Below, piece after piece: positions 62,752-64,000 of a stretch of DNA of 64,000 bases. Below the pieces are notes generated by a model. It was given only the letters and a program-made list of their open reading frames with translations, made no database searches and was not told the DNA's origin. A program made the position numbers and the translations under genes. Source of the stretch: a virus (lineage: Duplodnaviria > Caudoviricetes); the IMG/VR virus record IMGVR_UViG_3300048858_000099, positions 5,373-69,372 of that record, one strand, 5' to 3'. Position 1 is the stretch's first letter, and every line of letters begins with the position of its first letter.

Positions 62752-63556
62752 CGTTGGCTGATGAACTCAGATCTTTTGCATCGTCTTTGGATGAGTCATT
62801 CGACTACTTCAACCCAACTTTCACGCCCGTGGAACTAGCCGCGAACGCAGCGGACATCTTGTCGGAACGAGTCAGGGGAGCGCATGAGCAATAGGAGTAT
62901 CGACCTGCCGCCTTCTGCGCATCAGATTGACCCGCTGATTGCATACCACTGGACTTGTGACGAAGACCACGTCCACACGATCGACTGCCTCTACGTCTGG
63001 CACTACTGCCGAGACGTACTAGGCCCGAATACCGTCGCCCCTGGCGAAGAGTTTGGCTGGCGACCAGCTGGTGTGGGTGCTCACACTCTTGTGCAGCAGG
63101 AACCACTGACAATTACGGCGTCGGTCTATTGGCCGGAATGCTGCGGGCTTCATGGCTTCATCACTGAGGGAAAGTGGGTATCCGTATGACTGACCCCACA
63201 CCGACCGAACTAGCCAAGCGCGTCCTAGAGCTGGACAAGGCAGGCGTTCTACCCGAATGGGACGACAACGACCCAGCCTGGGGACCAGGAACTATCTCCG
63301 CCGTCATTGGACAAGTCCGGATAGCTCAGCACGTTAATAAGCACAACGCCGAACTCATTGTCTTCCTCCGCAACAACGCCGTGACCCTTGCTACTGCTCT
63401 GCTGGAAGCGGAGGATAATTGCGCCGCTAACGACGCTCTCATTGACCGGCTGCAGCATCATGCGCGTGAGTCATACGCCGAGCTGGCCGAGGCGCAGAAA
63501 CACATACGAGAACTCGAAGCTGAACGAGTTGTGGTTGATCGAATCAGGGGAGCGCA
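62731..63556 (+). repeat. Three copies of CGAGTCAGGGGAGCGCA at gene junctions
   Basis: 62731-62747, 62868-62884 and 63540-63556 (1 mismatch), each followed by or overlapping an ATG. Confidence 0.85.
62884..63189 (+). CDS. DUF6527-like Cys/His protein
   Basis: PLTITASV..CCGLHGFITEGKW. Confidence 0.55.
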   Translation: MSNRSIDLPPSAHQIDPLIAYHWTCDEDHVHTIDCLYVWHYCRDVLGPNTVAPGEEFGWRPAGVGAHTLVQQEPLTITASVYWPECCGLHGFITEGKWVSV

Positions 63557-63560
63557 ATGA
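63186..63560 (+). CDS. Hypothetical coiled-coil protein, paralog of the next gene
   Basis: PTELAKRVLELDKA..LATALLE..ELA.AQK.I..LE. Confidence 0.65.
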   Translation: MTDPTPTELAKRVLELDKAGVLPEWDDNDPAWGPGTISAVIGQVRIAQHVNKHNAELIVFLRNNAVTLATALLEAEDNCAANDALIDRLQHHARESYAELAEAQKHIRELEAERVVVDRIRGAQ

Positions 63561-64000
63561 GCGACGAAAACGAGCATCAAGGCTTGATTGACGACATCAA
63601 CTACTGCGCTGACCCCGCACCTACCGAACTAGCCAAGCGCGTCCTAGAGCTGGACAAAGCAGCAACGCCGCTGTCTGTTGAGATTCGTCAGCTGTGCGTC
63701 TTTGCTGGTGGCGTCCCCACGCCATTACTCACTGAACTTTCCGACACCGCGAAAACAATGCAGGGAAACACCGTGGCCCTTGCTACTGCTCTGTTGGAGT
63801 TGGAGAGCGAACGCGACAAGCGCAACAAGATTGCTCGCGAATCCGACGGTCGTATTAATCGTTTGGCGGCGTCTTTGGTAAAACGAGCCGGTGAGCGCGA
63901 CGAAGCAGTCGCAAGAGCCGATCATGCCAGATGGGAATTGGCCGACGCACAGAAGCGGATAGCTGACCTTGAGTACGAGGTTGAGGAGTACGGACGGTGA
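63557..64000 (+). CDS. Hypothetical coiled-coil protein, paralog of the previous gene
   Basis: 35 bp identical (63204-63238 vs 63623-63657) plus two further shared blocks. Confidence 0.65.
   Translation: MSDENEHQGLIDDINYCADPAPTELAKRVLELDKAATPLSVEIRQLCVFAGGVPTPLLTELSDTAKTMQGNTVALATALLELESERDKRNKIARESDGRINRLAASLVKRAGERDEAVARADHARWELADAQKRIADLEYEVEEYGR

Noticed and set aside
1-64000. CRISPR array
   Set aside because: No regularly spaced repeat-spacer series; the 62.7-63.6 kb repeats are irregular and sit at gene junctions.

Overview
This 64 kb window is an internal segment of a GC-rich, probably temperate actinobacterial phage or prophage. The host call rests on an Lsr2 gene, a SapA-like secreted protein and a GGGGGAA frameshift site. 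No integrase, att site or lysis cassette is visible. Positions 1-39066 (minus strand) hold the virion module: terminase large subunit, DUF935/Mu-type portal fused to a MuF-like domain, protease/scaffold, capsid cement, major capsid protein, neck genes and a full contractile tail (sheath, tube, frameshifted chaperones, tape measure, LysM, hub+M23, spike, gp25-like, baseplate J). About 19 kb separates portal from protease. It carries carbohydrate-active fibre/spike-like genes and a defence-like island: a complete type I RM system, a toxin-antitoxin-like pair and membrane proteins. Positions 39-64 kb hold small accessory/early genes, a terminase small subunit, four tRNAs, Lsr2, an Arr-like ADP-ribosyltransferase, an Acb2/Tad1-like hairpin protein, Orn, ERF, three HNH proteins and a repressor with divergent promoters. 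The most striking finding is two different GH6 (cellulase-family) enzymes with intact catalytic motifs. One is absent from the supplied ORF track because it runs off the left edge; there the GH6 domain is inserted inside a catalytically dead GH16-like lectin domain of a tail-module protein. All family calls come from motif recognition by eye; no database search was run.
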